Shown: positions 1-10,405, counted from the first letter of the stretch. The stretch: DNA of 52,677 bases from Fidelibacterota bacterium (GCA_020346745.1 CP070787.1:2104174-2156850); one strand, 5' to 3'. Translations and numbers: made by a program. Notes: generated from the letters alone by a model not told the origin.

Positions 1-1307
1 GATCGTGCCCGCAGCATCTCCAGCTCGAGAATAATCTGATCGCCCGGGGTGATGGTTCTACGGAAACGTACCTTGTCGATACCAGCGAAATATACCAGCT
101 TGCTGCCTGGATCTGATTCGGGACTGAGAACCAGAAAACCAGCCGCCTGGGCCAGAGCTTCAATGATCAACACTCCCGGCATTACCGGTTGACCAGGGAA
201 ATGCCCCTGGAAGAAGGCCTCGTTGAAAGTCACGTTCTTCACTGCCCGTACACGCTTGCCCGGCTCCGCGTCCAGAACCCGATCCACCAGAAGAAGGGGA
301 AATCGATGAGGCAGGGTTTTCGTGATAGCCCGGATGTCAAATTTGTACTTGGGACTGGCACTCTCAATGCGCTTCTGAGAAATCCGCTTTCCGTAGACCT
401 CCTTTAGGCGCTTTACCAGCTCTACATTGGATGCGTGTCCGCTGCGAGTCGTAACCACATGGCCCTGGATGGGCATGCCCAGTAGCGCCAGATCACCAAT
501 TAAGTCGAGGATCTTGTGACGGACAGCTTCATTTTCAAAACGGAGCTTCTGACCTTTAAGGATACCATCTTCACCCGGAGCCACTTCGCCTTTAATATTG
601 AAAATCTGCTTTAAATGTTCGATTTCACCAGGGGCAATGGCTCGATCAACGAAGACCACGGCATTGTCAAGACTGCCACCTTGAGCAAGTCCCTGCTTCT
701 TGAGCTGCTCGACCTCGCTGAACAGACAAAAAGTACGCGCGGGAGCTATGCGCTTTACGAAATCTTCTTCCATACTATAGACCGACATGAACTGCGTGCC
801 ATTCCGGGTCAGATGATGGTAATCCATCATAAAAGTAATACGGAAAGTCTCTGATGGGAGGACATGCATATCGATATTATTTTCGGGATCCGAATAGGAG
901 ACGGTCCTGTCAATGACCAGTACTTTCCGACTGGCGTTTTGCTCTTCAATGCCTGCCTCCAGCAGCACATCCACAAACGGCTTGGCGCTGCCATCCATAA
1001 CAGGAGGCTCTTTTGCGCTGAGATCGACCTGAAGATTATCGATCCCCAGGCCACTCACAGCCGCCAGAATATGTTCTACCGTGTGTACGCGGTTACCATC
1101 AAAAGCAATCGTGGTACCGCGAGAAATATCCACGACATGCTCGATATCGGCAACGATAGGGGGGAAGTCATCCAGATCGGTGCGAACGAAACGGACGCCG
1201 GTATTTACGTCCGCAGGCTTAAAAGTGGCGGTGCACTCCAGGCCAGTATGGAGCCCGATTCCGGAAATCGAAGCCTCTTTGGCAATGGTACGCTGATAAC
1301 CAGCCAT
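1..1307 (-). CDS. lpxC-fabZ: Bifunctional UDP-3-O-acyl-GlcNAc deacetylase / 3-hydroxyacyl-ACP dehydratase (LpxC-FabZ fusion). The 3' end runs off the left edge.
   Basis: Absent from the ORF track because no stop lies in the window. My translation from ATG 1307 reads [63 protein letters not shown] (LpxC), then [36 protein letters not shown] (FabZ hot-dog). A GGAG lies about 9 nt upstream. The gene sits directly after lpxD. Confidence 0.9.
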   Translation of the reverse strand, partial: MAGYQRTIAKEASISGIGLHTGLECTATFKPADVNTGVRFVRTDLDDFPPIVADIEHVVDISRGTTIAFDGNRVHTVEHILAAVSGLGIDNLQVDLSAKEPPVMDGSAKPFVDVLLEAGIEEQNASRKVLVIDRTVSYSDPENNIDMHVLPSETFRITFMMDYHHLTRNGTQFMSVYSMEEDFVKRIAPARTFCLFSEVEQLKKQGLAQGGSLDNAVVFVDRAIAPGEIEHLKQIFNIKGEVAPGEDGILKGQKLRFENEAVRHKILDLIGDLALLGMPIQGHVVTTRSGHASNVELVKRLKEVYGKRISQKRIESASPKYKFDIRAITKTLPHRFPLLLVDRVLDAEPGKRVRAVKNVTFNEAFFQGHFPGQPVMPGVLIIEALAQAAGFLVLSPESDPGSKLVYFAGIDKVRFRRTITPGDQIILELEMLRAR

Positions 1308-1321
1308 GTATGCCATTCTCC

Positions 1322-2350
1322 TTATCTATGTGTCTCAGTCTCATGCCGGGCTACACGCGCTTCCAGTTCACGCAGTCGTCGGACCAGCTCTGGGAGTTGC
1401 TTGATCGCGCCATGTTGCCGCAGCCATCTCGGATGTTCAACCGCCGGAATGCCAGCATAAAACTGACCACTCGGAATAGACTGCATTACGGCTGATTTGG
1501 CCGCCACTACTACCCGGTCACCAACGGTAAGGTGATCGGCGACACCCACCTGTCCTGCAAGGGTGACGAAATCACCAATGGTCACCGATCCGGCGATGCC
1601 CACCTCACCGGCGAAAAGGCAGCCACGACCGATCTTGACATTATGAGCAATATGTACCAGATTGTCGATCTTCGTCCCCTCACCAATGACCGTATCGCCG
1701 ATCGTCCCCCGGTCAATAGCGGTATTGGCTCCGATTTCCACCCGGTCACCAATAACAACCCGCCCAACCTGTGGAATTTTGTGATGGATATCCCCATCCG
1801 TCAGGTAACCGTAGCCATCCGACCCAATTATTGACCCGCTATGAATAATTATTTCCTCGCCCAAAGACATCCCTTCGTAGACTACCACGTTGGGATACAA
1901 CCGATTTCTGGAACCCAAACTGGTTCCCCGACCAATGTAGACGCCGACCCCGATGACGGTTCCGCCCCCAACAACGACTTCATCACCAATTACAGCGTAG
2001 GGTCCAATGCTCACTTCCCGACCCAGCCGAACATTCTCACCAACGAGAGCAGTAGGGTGTACACCGGGTTTGGCCGGGATTTCAGGATGCAGGAACGCCA
2101 GTGTATCGGCGAAGGCTCTGGCAGGATTTGCCACGCGAATCGCCGCTTTCCCGAAAGCTTCAAAGGTATCTTTGAGGATGACAGCACTGGCAGGTGATGA
2201 CTCGAGCTCACGGCTGTACTTCGGGTCAGCGAGAAACGTGATCCCCCCGGGGGTACCAGAGGTCACTTCACAGGCATGGGTGATCTCCATCGATCCATCA
2301 CCCTCCACCTCCCCGTGAATCACCTCAGCAATCTGGGCTAGAGTCGGCAA
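1322..2350 (-). CDS. lpxD: UDP-3-O-acylglucosamine N-acyltransferase
   Basis: 342 aa. Hexapeptide-repeat beta-helix ([41 protein letters not shown]). It occupies the conserved bamA-skp-lpxD-fabZ position. Confidence 0.93.
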   Translation of the reverse strand: MPTLAQIAEVIHGEVEGDGSMEITHACEVTSGTPGGITFLADPKYSRELESSPASAVILKDTFEAFGKAAIRVANPARAFADTLAFLHPEIPAKPGVHPTALVGENVRLGREVSIGPYAVIGDEVVVGGGTVIGVGVYIGRGTSLGSRNRLYPNVVVYEGMSLGEEIIIHSGSIIGSDGYGYLTDGDIHHKIPQVGRVVIGDRVEIGANTAIDRGTIGDTVIGEGTKIDNLVHIAHNVKIGRGCLFAGEVGIAGSVTIGDFVTLAGQVGVADHLTVGDRVVVAAKSAVMQSIPSGQFYAGIPAVEHPRWLRQHGAIKQLPELVRRLRELEARVARHETETHR

Positions 2351-2365
2351 TGCCCTTAAGCGTGT

Positions 2366-2899
2366 CTATTCTTGTCCGGTGGAACGGCGCAGCTCAGCGA
2401 TCACATCGGCTGTGAGATCGTGGGCCGGAAGAGCGTACACCAAGGCCCCACCCGCCGCATCAACTATGTAATCATAGGACCGTTCTGCTCCAAGCTTCTT
2501 GACCGCCGCGTCAACCTTGTCCAGGACAGGCGCCATCAATTGAGCCTGATAACGATAAAGTTCACCCTCGGGGCCAAACTTTGACTGCTGAAACGCCTGG
2601 GTAGTCTGGTACAGAGACTGGATCTCTGCCTCCTTCTCCCGGATCTTCTCATTGCTCAGCAGCAAGCGCTGACGCTCAAATTCCCGGTTGAGGCTATCCA
2701 ACCTTTCTACGAAGGTGTTGTATTCTACCTGTAATCGCCGGGTTTCCTTCTCCAACTTGGCCTGGGCGTCACGAACCTCCTCAAACTCCTGCATGATGCG
2801 GTTGGAATCGATATAACCGATTTTAAGTTGACCCAACACCCATACAGGCAGGATCACTATCGATACATATGCATATACCGCTAATCTACTGTGTTTCAC
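2366..2899 (-). CDS. skp: OmpH/Skp-family periplasmic chaperone
   Basis: The 253-aa track ORF overlaps bamA. I trimmed it to GTG 2899, which is preceded by AGGAGG (AAGAGGAGGAACGGTG). The N-terminal anchor KHSRLAVYAYVSIVILPVWVLG is followed by an E/Q/R/L-rich coiled coil. The gene lies between bamA and lpxD. Confidence 0.8.
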   Translation of the reverse strand: MKHSRLAVYAYVSIVILPVWVLGQLKIGYIDSNRIMQEFEEVRDAQAKLEKETRRLQVEYNTFVERLDSLNREFERQRLLLSNEKIREKEAEIQSLYQTTQAFQQSKFGPEGELYRYQAQLMAPVLDKVDAAVKKLGAERSYDYIVDAAGGALVYALPAHDLTADVIAELRRSTGQE

Positions 2900-2918
2900 C
2901 GTTCCTCCTCTTATGGAT

Positions 2919-5315
2919 TTAAAAAGGTACTCCGAAAATGAAGTGCAGCTCCCAGCCATGTGGACCAGTTTCTTGATTGACCTCGACTGGATCGAAGCCA
3001 TAGCCCAAGTCGAGGCCCAGCATCCCGAGCATGGGCATGAACATACGCACACCCACACCTGCCGATCGCTTGAGTTTAAATGGATCCACATAACTAAAAT
3101 TAAGCCAAGTGTTTCCCATCTCCGCAAAAGCCAGGGCGTACACCGTCGGATTTTCAGAAAGCGAAAGCCGCAGTTCGGCCGTGTATCTAAACATCACCGT
3201 CCCGCCCCGGGGACGTCCGCCTGATGAATAGGGGCCTACCGTGTTGTCAGGATAGCCGCGGAGCATCTCCCCATATGGAATGCCCGTACCACCCATGAAG
3301 AACTTCTCCTCCGGCGGCAGTATGGACCGTTCTCCCGAATCACTGATCGGTTTGATAATCCCCATCTTAAAAAGCTGATGGAACACAAGTTTCTCAACAA
3401 CAGGCACATACCACTTGAGGGAAAAGAGATGTTTGTGGAAGTCTTCATTGCCACCCAGGATGGAACCCGAGAGAGTGGAAAGCCAGCTCATCTCCGAACC
3501 CATGGTTGGAAATTCAGGCCGATTGCGGCTATCTCGGGTTATGGCCTGGGTAAAGGAAATCCCCACCGTTGAAACATAGGAAACCCCATCCTTATCTTGC
3601 TTAATGTCCTCATCCCCCACACCGATCAGATAAGCTTTTAGATTCTCCCGGTCGCCCAGATAGCGCTTATCCGAACCCTGGAGAATCCACATTCCCCGGA
3701 AAAAGGAATCGGGCCAGCGAAAACGCCTTCCCCACCGGGCAGAACCGCCCATCTGTCTGATATTAAAGGGCAGGTACAAGGATGACTGCCCCCGCTCGGA
3801 ATAGAAAGCCGAAGCACCCACCGTGTTAGGCGTGTTCAGGAGCCAAGGATTGAGTAGGCTGATGGAAAAGGACTGGTAGGCCGCCTGACGTGTTGCAGAG
3901 TAATAGCTGAAACCGGTCTGTGCCCCGCGGTTATAACTAAGGCGCAGCTGCTGGCCGGTACCGGCCAGATTCTCAAATTCTACACCACCCCCACCGATCA
4001 TCCCATAGTGCTCGGTATAGCCGATAGACAAATTTGCCTTCCCGGTAGATCTCTCTGTAACCTTGATACTCAGGTCCACCTCGTCCTCATCCACTGGGAG
4101 TACATCCGGTTCTACATTCTCAAAAAAGTTTAGAATCCAGACATCACGCTGGCTACGGCTGAGCCTTTCATAACTGAAAGTATCTCCCGGATTTATACGC
4201 AGTTCACGCCGGATGACGTAATCGCGGGTTTTCTCGTTCCCGGTGACATTAATGTAACGCACCGAAACCTTTTGATTCTCAATGATATTGAATATCACAT
4301 CCACCGAATCTGTTCCTACCGGATACTCCACCGGTTCCACCCTGGAGTAGAGGTAGCCCTCATCCATGTACACCGGATGGACTCTCTGGCTGACTGCCGT
4401 CGCGAAGGCCTCTTTATCGTATAAATCGCCCGTCACGAACCCGAGAGCGTCTTCCAATTCCTCATCGGTATGCAGGATGTTGCCTTCCCAGGAGAAGTTA
4501 CGGTAGTAGTAGGGATGACCCTCGTGAATCCTGATAATCAATTCCATCCTTTTGCCGTTGGACGTCACTTTAATGCTATCGCTCAGGATTCGCGCATCAC
4601 GATAACCACTGTTGTGATAGTGGGCAACGATCTTGTTCAGGTCGTCCTCATACTTGCCGCGGTCAAAGGGAGACCGCCAAAATAGGTACCAGCGCCACCG
4701 CTTCGTATCTTTCATCTTCAACCGCAGCATGAGCGATGAAACATGGTCATTGCCCTCGAAACGGATATGTCGCAGCCGCACCTTCTTGTTCTCGACAATA
4801 TAAATTTTCAGCACTTGGCCATGAGGGATAGTACCCGGTTCCTGCTCCGTAGCCACCTCCACATTCAGATATCCATCCTCATGGTAGAGCTTCTTGATCT
4901 TTCGGACCACTTCCGATACGGCATATTCGGATAGGATTTGAGGGGGTTTGAGTTCAAGGGCTTCCAGAATTTTATTCTTGCTGATCTTTTTGTTTCCCTC
5001 CAGGATAATTTCTTCCAGCGAAGGGTACTCATCTACCCCTACACGCAGCACCAGTCCGCTATCGGATTCCTCCTCCATATAGACCTGGACATTGGCAAAG
5101 AAGCCCAGATCCCACAGGCGGCGAATACCACGTTGGATATCCATGGCGGTGACAGTACGACCGGGATATAGTCGGGCCGCAGACTGTATGACTTGGGCGG
5201 AAGCACGATTGTTGCCCTCGACATTCACCTTATGGATATGGAACGTGGCTGCCGGCTGAGCCCAGCTCAAACTAGCGAACATCAGCATGCATATAACCGG
5301 CCCGATTCGCACCAT
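2919..5315 (-). CDS. bamA: Outer membrane protein assembly factor BamA
   Basis: 798 aa. Signal peptide MVRIGPVICMLMFASLSWAQ, a long N-terminal region of POTRA length, and a C-terminal Omp85 barrel ending HFIFGVPF. Flanked by uppS and skp. Confidence 0.93.
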   Translation of the reverse strand: MVRIGPVICMLMFASLSWAQPAATFHIHKVNVEGNNRASAQVIQSAARLYPGRTVTAMDIQRGIRRLWDLGFFANVQVYMEEESDSGLVLRVGVDEYPSLEEIILEGNKKISKNKILEALELKPPQILSEYAVSEVVRKIKKLYHEDGYLNVEVATEQEPGTIPHGQVLKIYIVENKKVRLRHIRFEGNDHVSSLMLRLKMKDTKRWRWYLFWRSPFDRGKYEDDLNKIVAHYHNSGYRDARILSDSIKVTSNGKRMELIIRIHEGHPYYYRNFSWEGNILHTDEELEDALGFVTGDLYDKEAFATAVSQRVHPVYMDEGYLYSRVEPVEYPVGTDSVDVIFNIIENQKVSVRYINVTGNEKTRDYVIRRELRINPGDTFSYERLSRSQRDVWILNFFENVEPDVLPVDEDEVDLSIKVTERSTGKANLSIGYTEHYGMIGGGGVEFENLAGTGQQLRLSYNRGAQTGFSYYSATRQAAYQSFSISLLNPWLLNTPNTVGASAFYSERGQSSLYLPFNIRQMGGSARWGRRFRWPDSFFRGMWILQGSDKRYLGDRENLKAYLIGVGDEDIKQDKDGVSYVSTVGISFTQAITRDSRNRPEFPTMGSEMSWLSTLSGSILGGNEDFHKHLFSLKWYVPVVEKLVFHQLFKMGIIKPISDSGERSILPPEEKFFMGGTGIPYGEMLRGYPDNTVGPYSSGGRPRGGTVMFRYTAELRLSLSENPTVYALAFAEMGNTWLNFSYVDPFKLKRSAGVGVRMFMPMLGMLGLDLGYGFDPVEVNQETGPHGWELHFIFGVPF

Positions 5316-5317
5316 GG

Positions 5318-6097
5318 CTATTCCACTACTGAGGATGTCTTTACCTGTTCACTCAGCCGGCCAAAACGCCGTTCACGCTGCTGGTACTCGCGAATCGCTT
5401 CATACAATTCTCTTCGCCGGAATGCGGGCCACATGGCTTCGGAAATAATCAACTCGCTATAGGCGGACTGCCAGAGAAGGAAATTGCTCAGACGGGCTTC
5501 ACCGCTGGTCCGAATAACGAGCTCCGGCTCTGGCATGCCACGTGTGTAGAGATGACCTTCGAATAAGGTCTCATCAATCTCGTCCAAAGATAGCTCGCTC
5601 TCCCGCGCTAATTGAGAAATGCGACGCACCGCATCCAGTATCTCCTGACGACCACCATAACTGAGGGCCAGGTTAAGGTTTAAACCGGTATTCCCCGCTG
5701 TCAAATCCATAGCACTGCGCATTTCCCGTTGGGCGACGGTGGGTAGATCATCCAGGCAACCGATGATGGTTAGACGTACATTATTCTCCATCAGCTCCTG
5801 CACCTCCTCCCTGATGGTGGTCACTAACAGGCGCATGAGTGCATCTACCTCGGCGCGCGGGCGTTTCCAATTCTCGGCACTGAACGTATAAAGTGTGAGC
5901 GTTTCGATGCCCAGCTCACCACTGGCGCGAGTGACTTCCCGCACAGAGTTTACGCCTTCCTTATGGCCTGCTACCCTGGGAAGACCACGTGATTTAGCCC
6001 ATCTGCCATTGCCATCCATGATGATGGCAACATGCCGGGGCAAATTACCCCGCTTAAGGATAAGAGCCTTCAGTTCGGCTTCAGTTCTCGGTTCCAT
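5318..6097 (-). CDS. uppS: Di-trans,poly-cis-undecaprenyl-diphosphate synthase
   Basis: HVAIIMDGNGRWAK and RTSGEARLSNFLLWQSAYSE motifs of cis-prenyltransferases. Confidence 0.95.
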   Translation of the reverse strand: MEPRTEAELKALILKRGNLPRHVAIIMDGNGRWAKSRGLPRVAGHKEGVNSVREVTRASGELGIETLTLYTFSAENWKRPRAEVDALMRLLVTTIREEVQELMENNVRLTIIGCLDDLPTVAQREMRSAMDLTAGNTGLNLNLALSYGGRQEILDAVRRISQLARESELSLDEIDETLFEGHLYTRGMPEPELVIRTSGEARLSNFLLWQSAYSELIISEAMWPAFRRRELYEAIREYQQRERRFGRLSEQVKTSSVVE

Positions 6098-6614
6098 TGG
6101 TTATATTCAGGTTAAGTTACCTTTCCCTCTTGCTGGAGGCAACCGCCGGGTACTCACCGGCGTTTCTGTAATACATGCCCATACATCTTCGCTGAGCGGT
6201 GATCAAACGGGTCGATTGGCCAAATCTCATCAACCTCTAATGACTTTGCGCAGCACCGATAGCCGACCTTCGGATCAGGGTCCAAGTGGAAAAATCATGT
6301 CAACTAATCAGATGCCTGGAGAAACAGGCGATATGCTGAGATCTCCAGCCACGTGTCCGAACCACTGAGTATCGGTTCTACTACTTGGATAAGGTTCTCT
6401 CGCCAGCAAAGATGCTGGCAGCCGCACAGTGAACGGCCCTTCTCCAACGTCCAATCAGGGCTAACGGTTCCCGATAATAATCCCCACCCACTTGATCATC
6501 CCAACTGCAAATAAGGATATTTCCCGGGGTGCATTACAGGAATAACAACCCTACAAGCCCTGCTTGGCCTGACACCAAATATCCCCAGGGAATAGAGCAA
6601 GCTTTCCTTAATTC
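6098..6614. other. Long hairpin-rich intergenic region with no credible ORF. Unassigned; could be a leader or an ncRNA.
   Basis: No minus-strand ORF of 60 aa or more. Perfect hairpins: GCCAGCA-aaga-TGCTGGC (6402-6419); CGCCGG-gtactca-CCGGCG (6144-6162); and a 7-bp arm pair CTGGAGA/TCTCCAG at about 6318-6350. Confidence 0.3.
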
Positions 6615-7787
6615 TTAAGCTTGACTATCCAAACGGGTTGTGAGTGCCTCCGCAATGCGTCGGAACTCCACACCAGCAGGAGCATCAGGATGGTTGACAA
6701 CATAAGGCTCGCCTGAATCGGAAGCAATAACCAGATCTGGGACCAGTGGTATCTGGCCTAATAAGGGAACCCCCAGCCTTTGGCTTTCTTCATCACCTCC
6801 TCCGCTGCGGAAGATGGGCACACGTGACTGAAATCGACCTTCTGTATCCCCCGTAGTCGCCGAAGTATCACCCAAGTTCTCGAACTCCAGCGTAGCTCCG
6901 GGTACAGCCTGGCCTCGCGCATCCTTGATGACACCTTCCAGAAGTAGCATAGACATGTTTTCCACCACTCCCAAAAGGGGCGTGTTCACCTTTTCGAACA
7001 TGTCCGCGCCCTTGCGCACATCCAGCAGAGCCAGCTTCTGAGGAGTGGTAACGATAATCGCCCCGGTAAGCGCCAATTGCTGGACCAGCGTTAGCTGTAT
7101 ATCGCCCGTTCCGGGTGGCAGATCAATAATGAGAAAATCGAGCTCCCCCCAATCCACATCCTCAAAAAACTGCTGCGTCATCTTGGCAACCAGAGGGCCC
7201 CGCCAAATGGTTGGGGTTTGATTGCCGCTGATGAATCCGAAGGACATCACATGCATCCCGTGGCACTCCAGGGGAACAATTTTTTGTCGCTCGTTCAGCA
7301 CGGGCTGCTCATGGATTCCCAGAATCATAGGTAGGCTGGGACCATATATATCCAGATCGAGGATACCTACTTTGGCGCCACTCATTGTCAGAGCCGCGGC
7401 CAGATTCACTGCCACGGTGGATTTGCCCACACCACCCTTTCCACTCGCTATAGCGATAGTGTACTTGACGCCGGGAATGTGAGTCTGGCCCAAACTTTGG
7501 CCTGCAGTTGCCGGGGCTTGAATGTTCCCCTGGGGCTTGGGTGGGACAAGCTCCACAAGCACCTTATCGATTCCCAGTTCCTCGGTCAAGGCTGATTCGA
7601 CGCTTGTGGCCAGCAAGCCTTTCTGCTCTTCATTGCTAGTCGCCACAGTCAGGATCACCCGGGCCTCATTGCCCGAGATTGTCACCTCACTGACCATGCC
7701 AAAGGACACAATGTCACGGCTGAATCCGGGGTAGTTAACGGTTTTAAGAACGCGCATTACCTCATCGCGGGGGATTTCTTGCTTCAT
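6615..7787 (-). CDS. mrp: Mrp/ApbC/NBP35-family P-loop ATPase with N-terminal DUF59-like domain. Atypical: it has no CxxC motif.
   Basis: VLKTVNYPGFSRDIVSFGMV (DUF59-like), the deviant Walker A IASGKGGVGKST, and DLPPGTGD. After VENMS the usual CxxC is replaced by a Cys-free insertion. Confidence 0.85.
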   Translation of the reverse strand: MKQEIPRDEVMRVLKTVNYPGFSRDIVSFGMVSEVTISGNEARVILTVATSNEEQKGLLATSVESALTEELGIDKVLVELVPPKPQGNIQAPATAGQSLGQTHIPGVKYTIAIASGKGGVGKSTVAVNLAAALTMSGAKVGILDLDIYGPSLPMILGIHEQPVLNERQKIVPLECHGMHVMSFGFISGNQTPTIWRGPLVAKMTQQFFEDVDWGELDFLIIDLPPGTGDIQLTLVQQLALTGAIIVTTPQKLALLDVRKGADMFEKVNTPLLGVVENMSMLLLEGVIKDARGQAVPGATLEFENLGDTSATTGDTEGRFQSRVPIFRSGGGDEESQRLGVPLLGQIPLVPDLVIASDSGEPYVVNHPDAPAGVEFRRIAEALTTRLDSQA

Positions 7788-7830
7788 GGTATTAAGAGAC
7801 CTTGTTCATATACGACTGGAAATGAGTGGT

Positions 7831-7868
7831 GAGAGAAGAAAGCGGCTGCCTGTATGCCGGGCAGCCGC
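7831..7868 (-). terminator. Rho-independent terminator after the ferredoxin gene
   Basis: On the minus strand: GCGGCUGCC-CGGCAUACA-GGCAGCCGC (9-bp perfect stem), followed directly by UUUCUUCUCU. Confidence 0.75.
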
Positions 7869-7894
7869 AATGAAAGTGATAATATGCTGCAGAA

Positions 7895-8173
7895 TTATCC
7901 GGAATACTCGCGGCCGAAGAAGTCGTAATTGATCTTGATATATTTGTTCCACTCTTCGGGAACGGCATCTTCTTCAAAAATGGCCTCTACCGGGCACTCC
8001 GGTTCACAAGCCCCGCAATCAATGCATTCTTCAGGATCAATATAGAGCATATGGCCGGTAGGATCGTCGCCTTTTTGCCAGCCTTCGTCTGGGTGGATAC
8101 AATCTACCGGACAAACCTCCACACAGGCGGTATCGCAGGTGTCCACGCAGGGCTCACAGATTATATACGCCAT
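7895..8173 (-). CDS. fdxA: Ferredoxin with two Fe-S cluster motifs (7Fe/8Fe FdxA type)
   Basis: 92 aa. CEPCVDTCDTACVEVCPVDCI and CIDCGACEPECPVEAI cluster motifs. Confidence 0.85.
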   Translation of the reverse strand: MAYIICEPCVDTCDTACVEVCPVDCIHPDEGWQKGDDPTGHMLYIDPEECIDCGACEPECPVEAIFEEDAVPEEWNKYIKINYDFFGREYSG

Positions 8174-8331
8174 TAGAATCTTCCTCCATCAATTTTTTAT
8201 GTCATTATAAAGGGACTCTTTGCACTTTCTCCCGCGAGTAAAATTACCTTTTCTCGCCTTGGATTCACAATCAAAATCAAATTTTATTCCCATGGCAGCC
8301 AACCGATCTTTTAAAGAAATTCAGCCTCGTT

Positions 8332-9561
8332 ATGTCGAGAAATATCTTTCAGCAGCGAAACCTGTTATTACTATGGCTGGGGCATGTGATTTCCCACGCC
8401 GGAGACGCCATCTACCAACTGGCTCTACCCTGGTTGGTACTGGAACTCACCGGGTCTAAAACAACCACTTCTCTGGTAGCACTCAGCGCTTATTTACCTG
8501 CGGTTCTGCTTAGTCTGTTTGCGGGCGTTATCGTAGACCGGTTTGACCGGCGCGGGATCATGATTTTCTCCGATGGGGCCCGCATGTTGGTGATGCTGGC
8601 CCTGGTCGGATTTCTGACTGCAGGCGCCAGCTCACCGGTCATTGTGGGGATCATTGCTTTTACCGTTGCCAGCTTCGCAACCCTCTTTTACCCCGCTCGA
8701 GATGCACTGATTCCCGATCTGGTGCCCACCACTGCACTAACATCTGCGAACGCATTTATCTCTACTTCCGGGCAGTTCGCTCATCTGGCAGGGCCGCTCA
8801 TGGCCGGGCTGTTGGTCACTTGGGTGGGATTAACACACCTCTTTACGATTGATGCCCTCTCCTTCGCCGCTAGTTTGATCTGCCTCGTATTTATCGGCAG
8901 TCGGAGATTTGCCGCCACCCCAAAAAGAAGTCGGCAGACGGATCATTTTTCCGACCTGATTGCAGGTCTGCGCTATGTATGGCGGGAACGAGCACTCGGC
9001 CTGCTGATCCTGCTTACGGCCTTGAATAATCTCTTCATCATGGGTCCTGCCATTATCGGCATGCCCATCTTCGTCCGTGAGGTGTTGGCACTGGACTTTC
9101 GAGCCTTCGCCATTATTGAAGCCTGCATGGCAGCGGGTATGCTGATCGGATCCTTCCTGGTCTGGCGGTTCGGTCCCCCTTTAAATCCATCCCTGGTACT
9201 CTTCGTCGGAATGATTGTGGATGGTCTTACCTATAGTCTTCTGTTCTTCACTGAAACCTATGCCCAGACCAAAGCACTGCTCCTGGTCCATGGAATTGGT
9301 ATACCCATGATCACGATTTCCAGGACCACTCTAATCCAGACGGTGGTCTCGTTCCAATACCGTGGTCGGGTATTCTCAATGGTCAACATGTCGGTGATCG
9401 GACTCACAGCCCTGTCAGCCGCACTGGTGGGACCGCTGGCGGAGGTTATCCCTATAGAAATGATCTTCCTGGGAATCGGATTTAGTGCTGCGGCGTGCGG
9501 CATCATCGGGCTGAGTCATCAAGGTATGATGGGGTTGGTGTCCCCTAACGGCCGGGGCTAA
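8332..9561 (+). CDS. MFS transporter (MFS_3 / EntS-like)
   Basis: 409 aa, about 12 hydrophobic spans. The N-terminus RNLLLLWLGHVISHAGDAIYQLALPWLV is typical of this MFS subfamily. Confidence 0.8.
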   Translation: MSRNIFQQRNLLLLWLGHVISHAGDAIYQLALPWLVLELTGSKTTTSLVALSAYLPAVLLSLFAGVIVDRFDRRGIMIFSDGARMLVMLALVGFLTAGASSPVIVGIIAFTVASFATLFYPARDALIPDLVPTTALTSANAFISTSGQFAHLAGPLMAGLLVTWVGLTHLFTIDALSFAASLICLVFIGSRRFAATPKRSRQTDHFSDLIAGLRYVWRERALGLLILLTALNNLFIMGPAIIGMPIFVREVLALDFRAFAIIEACMAAGMLIGSFLVWRFGPPLNPSLVLFVGMIVDGLTYSLLFFTETYAQTKALLLVHGIGIPMITISRTTLIQTVVSFQYRGRVFSMVNMSVIGLTALSAALVGPLAEVIPIEMIFLGIGFSAAACGIIGLSHQGMMGLVSPNGRG

Positions 9562-9569
9562 ACTCAGAC

Positions 9570-10376
9570 GTGCAATTGACACTGATTCAAAATCAGCCGC
9601 GGTTGGGCGCTGTAGAGTCCAACCTTGAAGCTGCTAGGAGTATTATCGAGCACATCGACTTCGATCTCTTGCTCCTCCCTGAACTCTTTGCCACCGGCTA
9701 TTTCTTCAGCGATGAGACCCAGGCCCGACAACTCAGTGAGCCTGTACCCAGTGGTCCCACAACCCAATTTCTCATAGACCAGGCCAAGGCGAAAGGCGCT
9801 TATATTTGTGGTGGCCTCGCCGAACGGGACGGCGCTCAACTCTACAACACGGCCATATTAGTGGGGCCGGAAGGGCTAATGGGCAGATACCGGAAATTGC
9901 ACCTGTTTTATGAAGAAAAGCACTGGTTTGCACCTGGTGATAGACCGCCCAAGGTTTACCAACTGGGAAATGCTCGGGTAGGCATGATGATCTGTTTCGA
10001 CTGGCGGTATCCTGAGGTTGCCCGTATCCTCACTCTCCAGGGAGCGCAAATCATTTTGCACCCGGCCAATCTAGTGCAACCGTATTGCCAGGATGCGATG
10101 GTAACCCGCTGCTTGGAAAACGGTGTGTTCGCCGCGACCGCCAATCGTATTGGCACAGATATGAGAGCCGACAGCACCAGCCTGGCCTTCACAGGTCGAA
10201 GCCAGGTCGTAAATCCATGGGGAGAGATTCTGGATCGGGCACCCGACGCCGAGCCAGCCATTGTGACAGTGGATATCGATCCCGCCAGGGCAGATGAAAA
10301 GTATGTTACTGAGCATAACCACCTTATGCATGATCGGCGCCCGGAACATTACGGCCTGATTTGCGGTACAAAGTAA
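9570..10376 (+). CDS. Carbon-nitrogen hydrolase (nitrilase superfamily)
   Basis: GTG start. The E-K-C triad occurs in its usual contexts: LLLPELFATGY, YRKLHLF, MMICFDWRYPE. Confidence 0.85.
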   Translation: MQLTLIQNQPRLGAVESNLEAARSIIEHIDFDLLLLPELFATGYFFSDETQARQLSEPVPSGPTTQFLIDQAKAKGAYICGGLAERDGAQLYNTAILVGPEGLMGRYRKLHLFYEEKHWFAPGDRPPKVYQLGNARVGMMICFDWRYPEVARILTLQGAQIILHPANLVQPYCQDAMVTRCLENGVFAATANRIGTDMRADSTSLAFTGRSQVVNPWGEILDRAPDAEPAIVTVDIDPARADEKYVTEHNHLMHDRRPEHYGLICGTK

Positions 10377-10405
10377 AACGGATTAGCACATAGGAATTAT
10401 GAGCC

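Noticed and set aside
2900-3127. Upstream extensions of track ORFs: skp 2900-3127, PhzF 11245-11343, lpxH 22199-22240, argF 28365-28403, gatC 38129-38215, lptB 32541-32561.
   Set aside because: The extensions overlap the preceding gene or add non-homologous N-termini. Internal ATG/GTG codons with an SD sequence or stop-start coupling give products that begin where the families normally begin.
6098-6614. Possible RNase P RNA or tmRNA on the minus strand. Fragments such as AAGGAAAGC, AGAUGUAUGG..ACAGAAAC and GGGGAUAUUUGG resemble conserved pieces.
   Set aside because: The diagnostic blocks are absent: no GAGGAAAGUCCGGGC, no GGUAAGAGC, no ACAGAAnnCGGCUUA. I could draw no P4 pairing. There is no tRNA-like acceptor/T-arm and no ...ALAA tag frame. 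The region is kept only as an unassigned structured gap.
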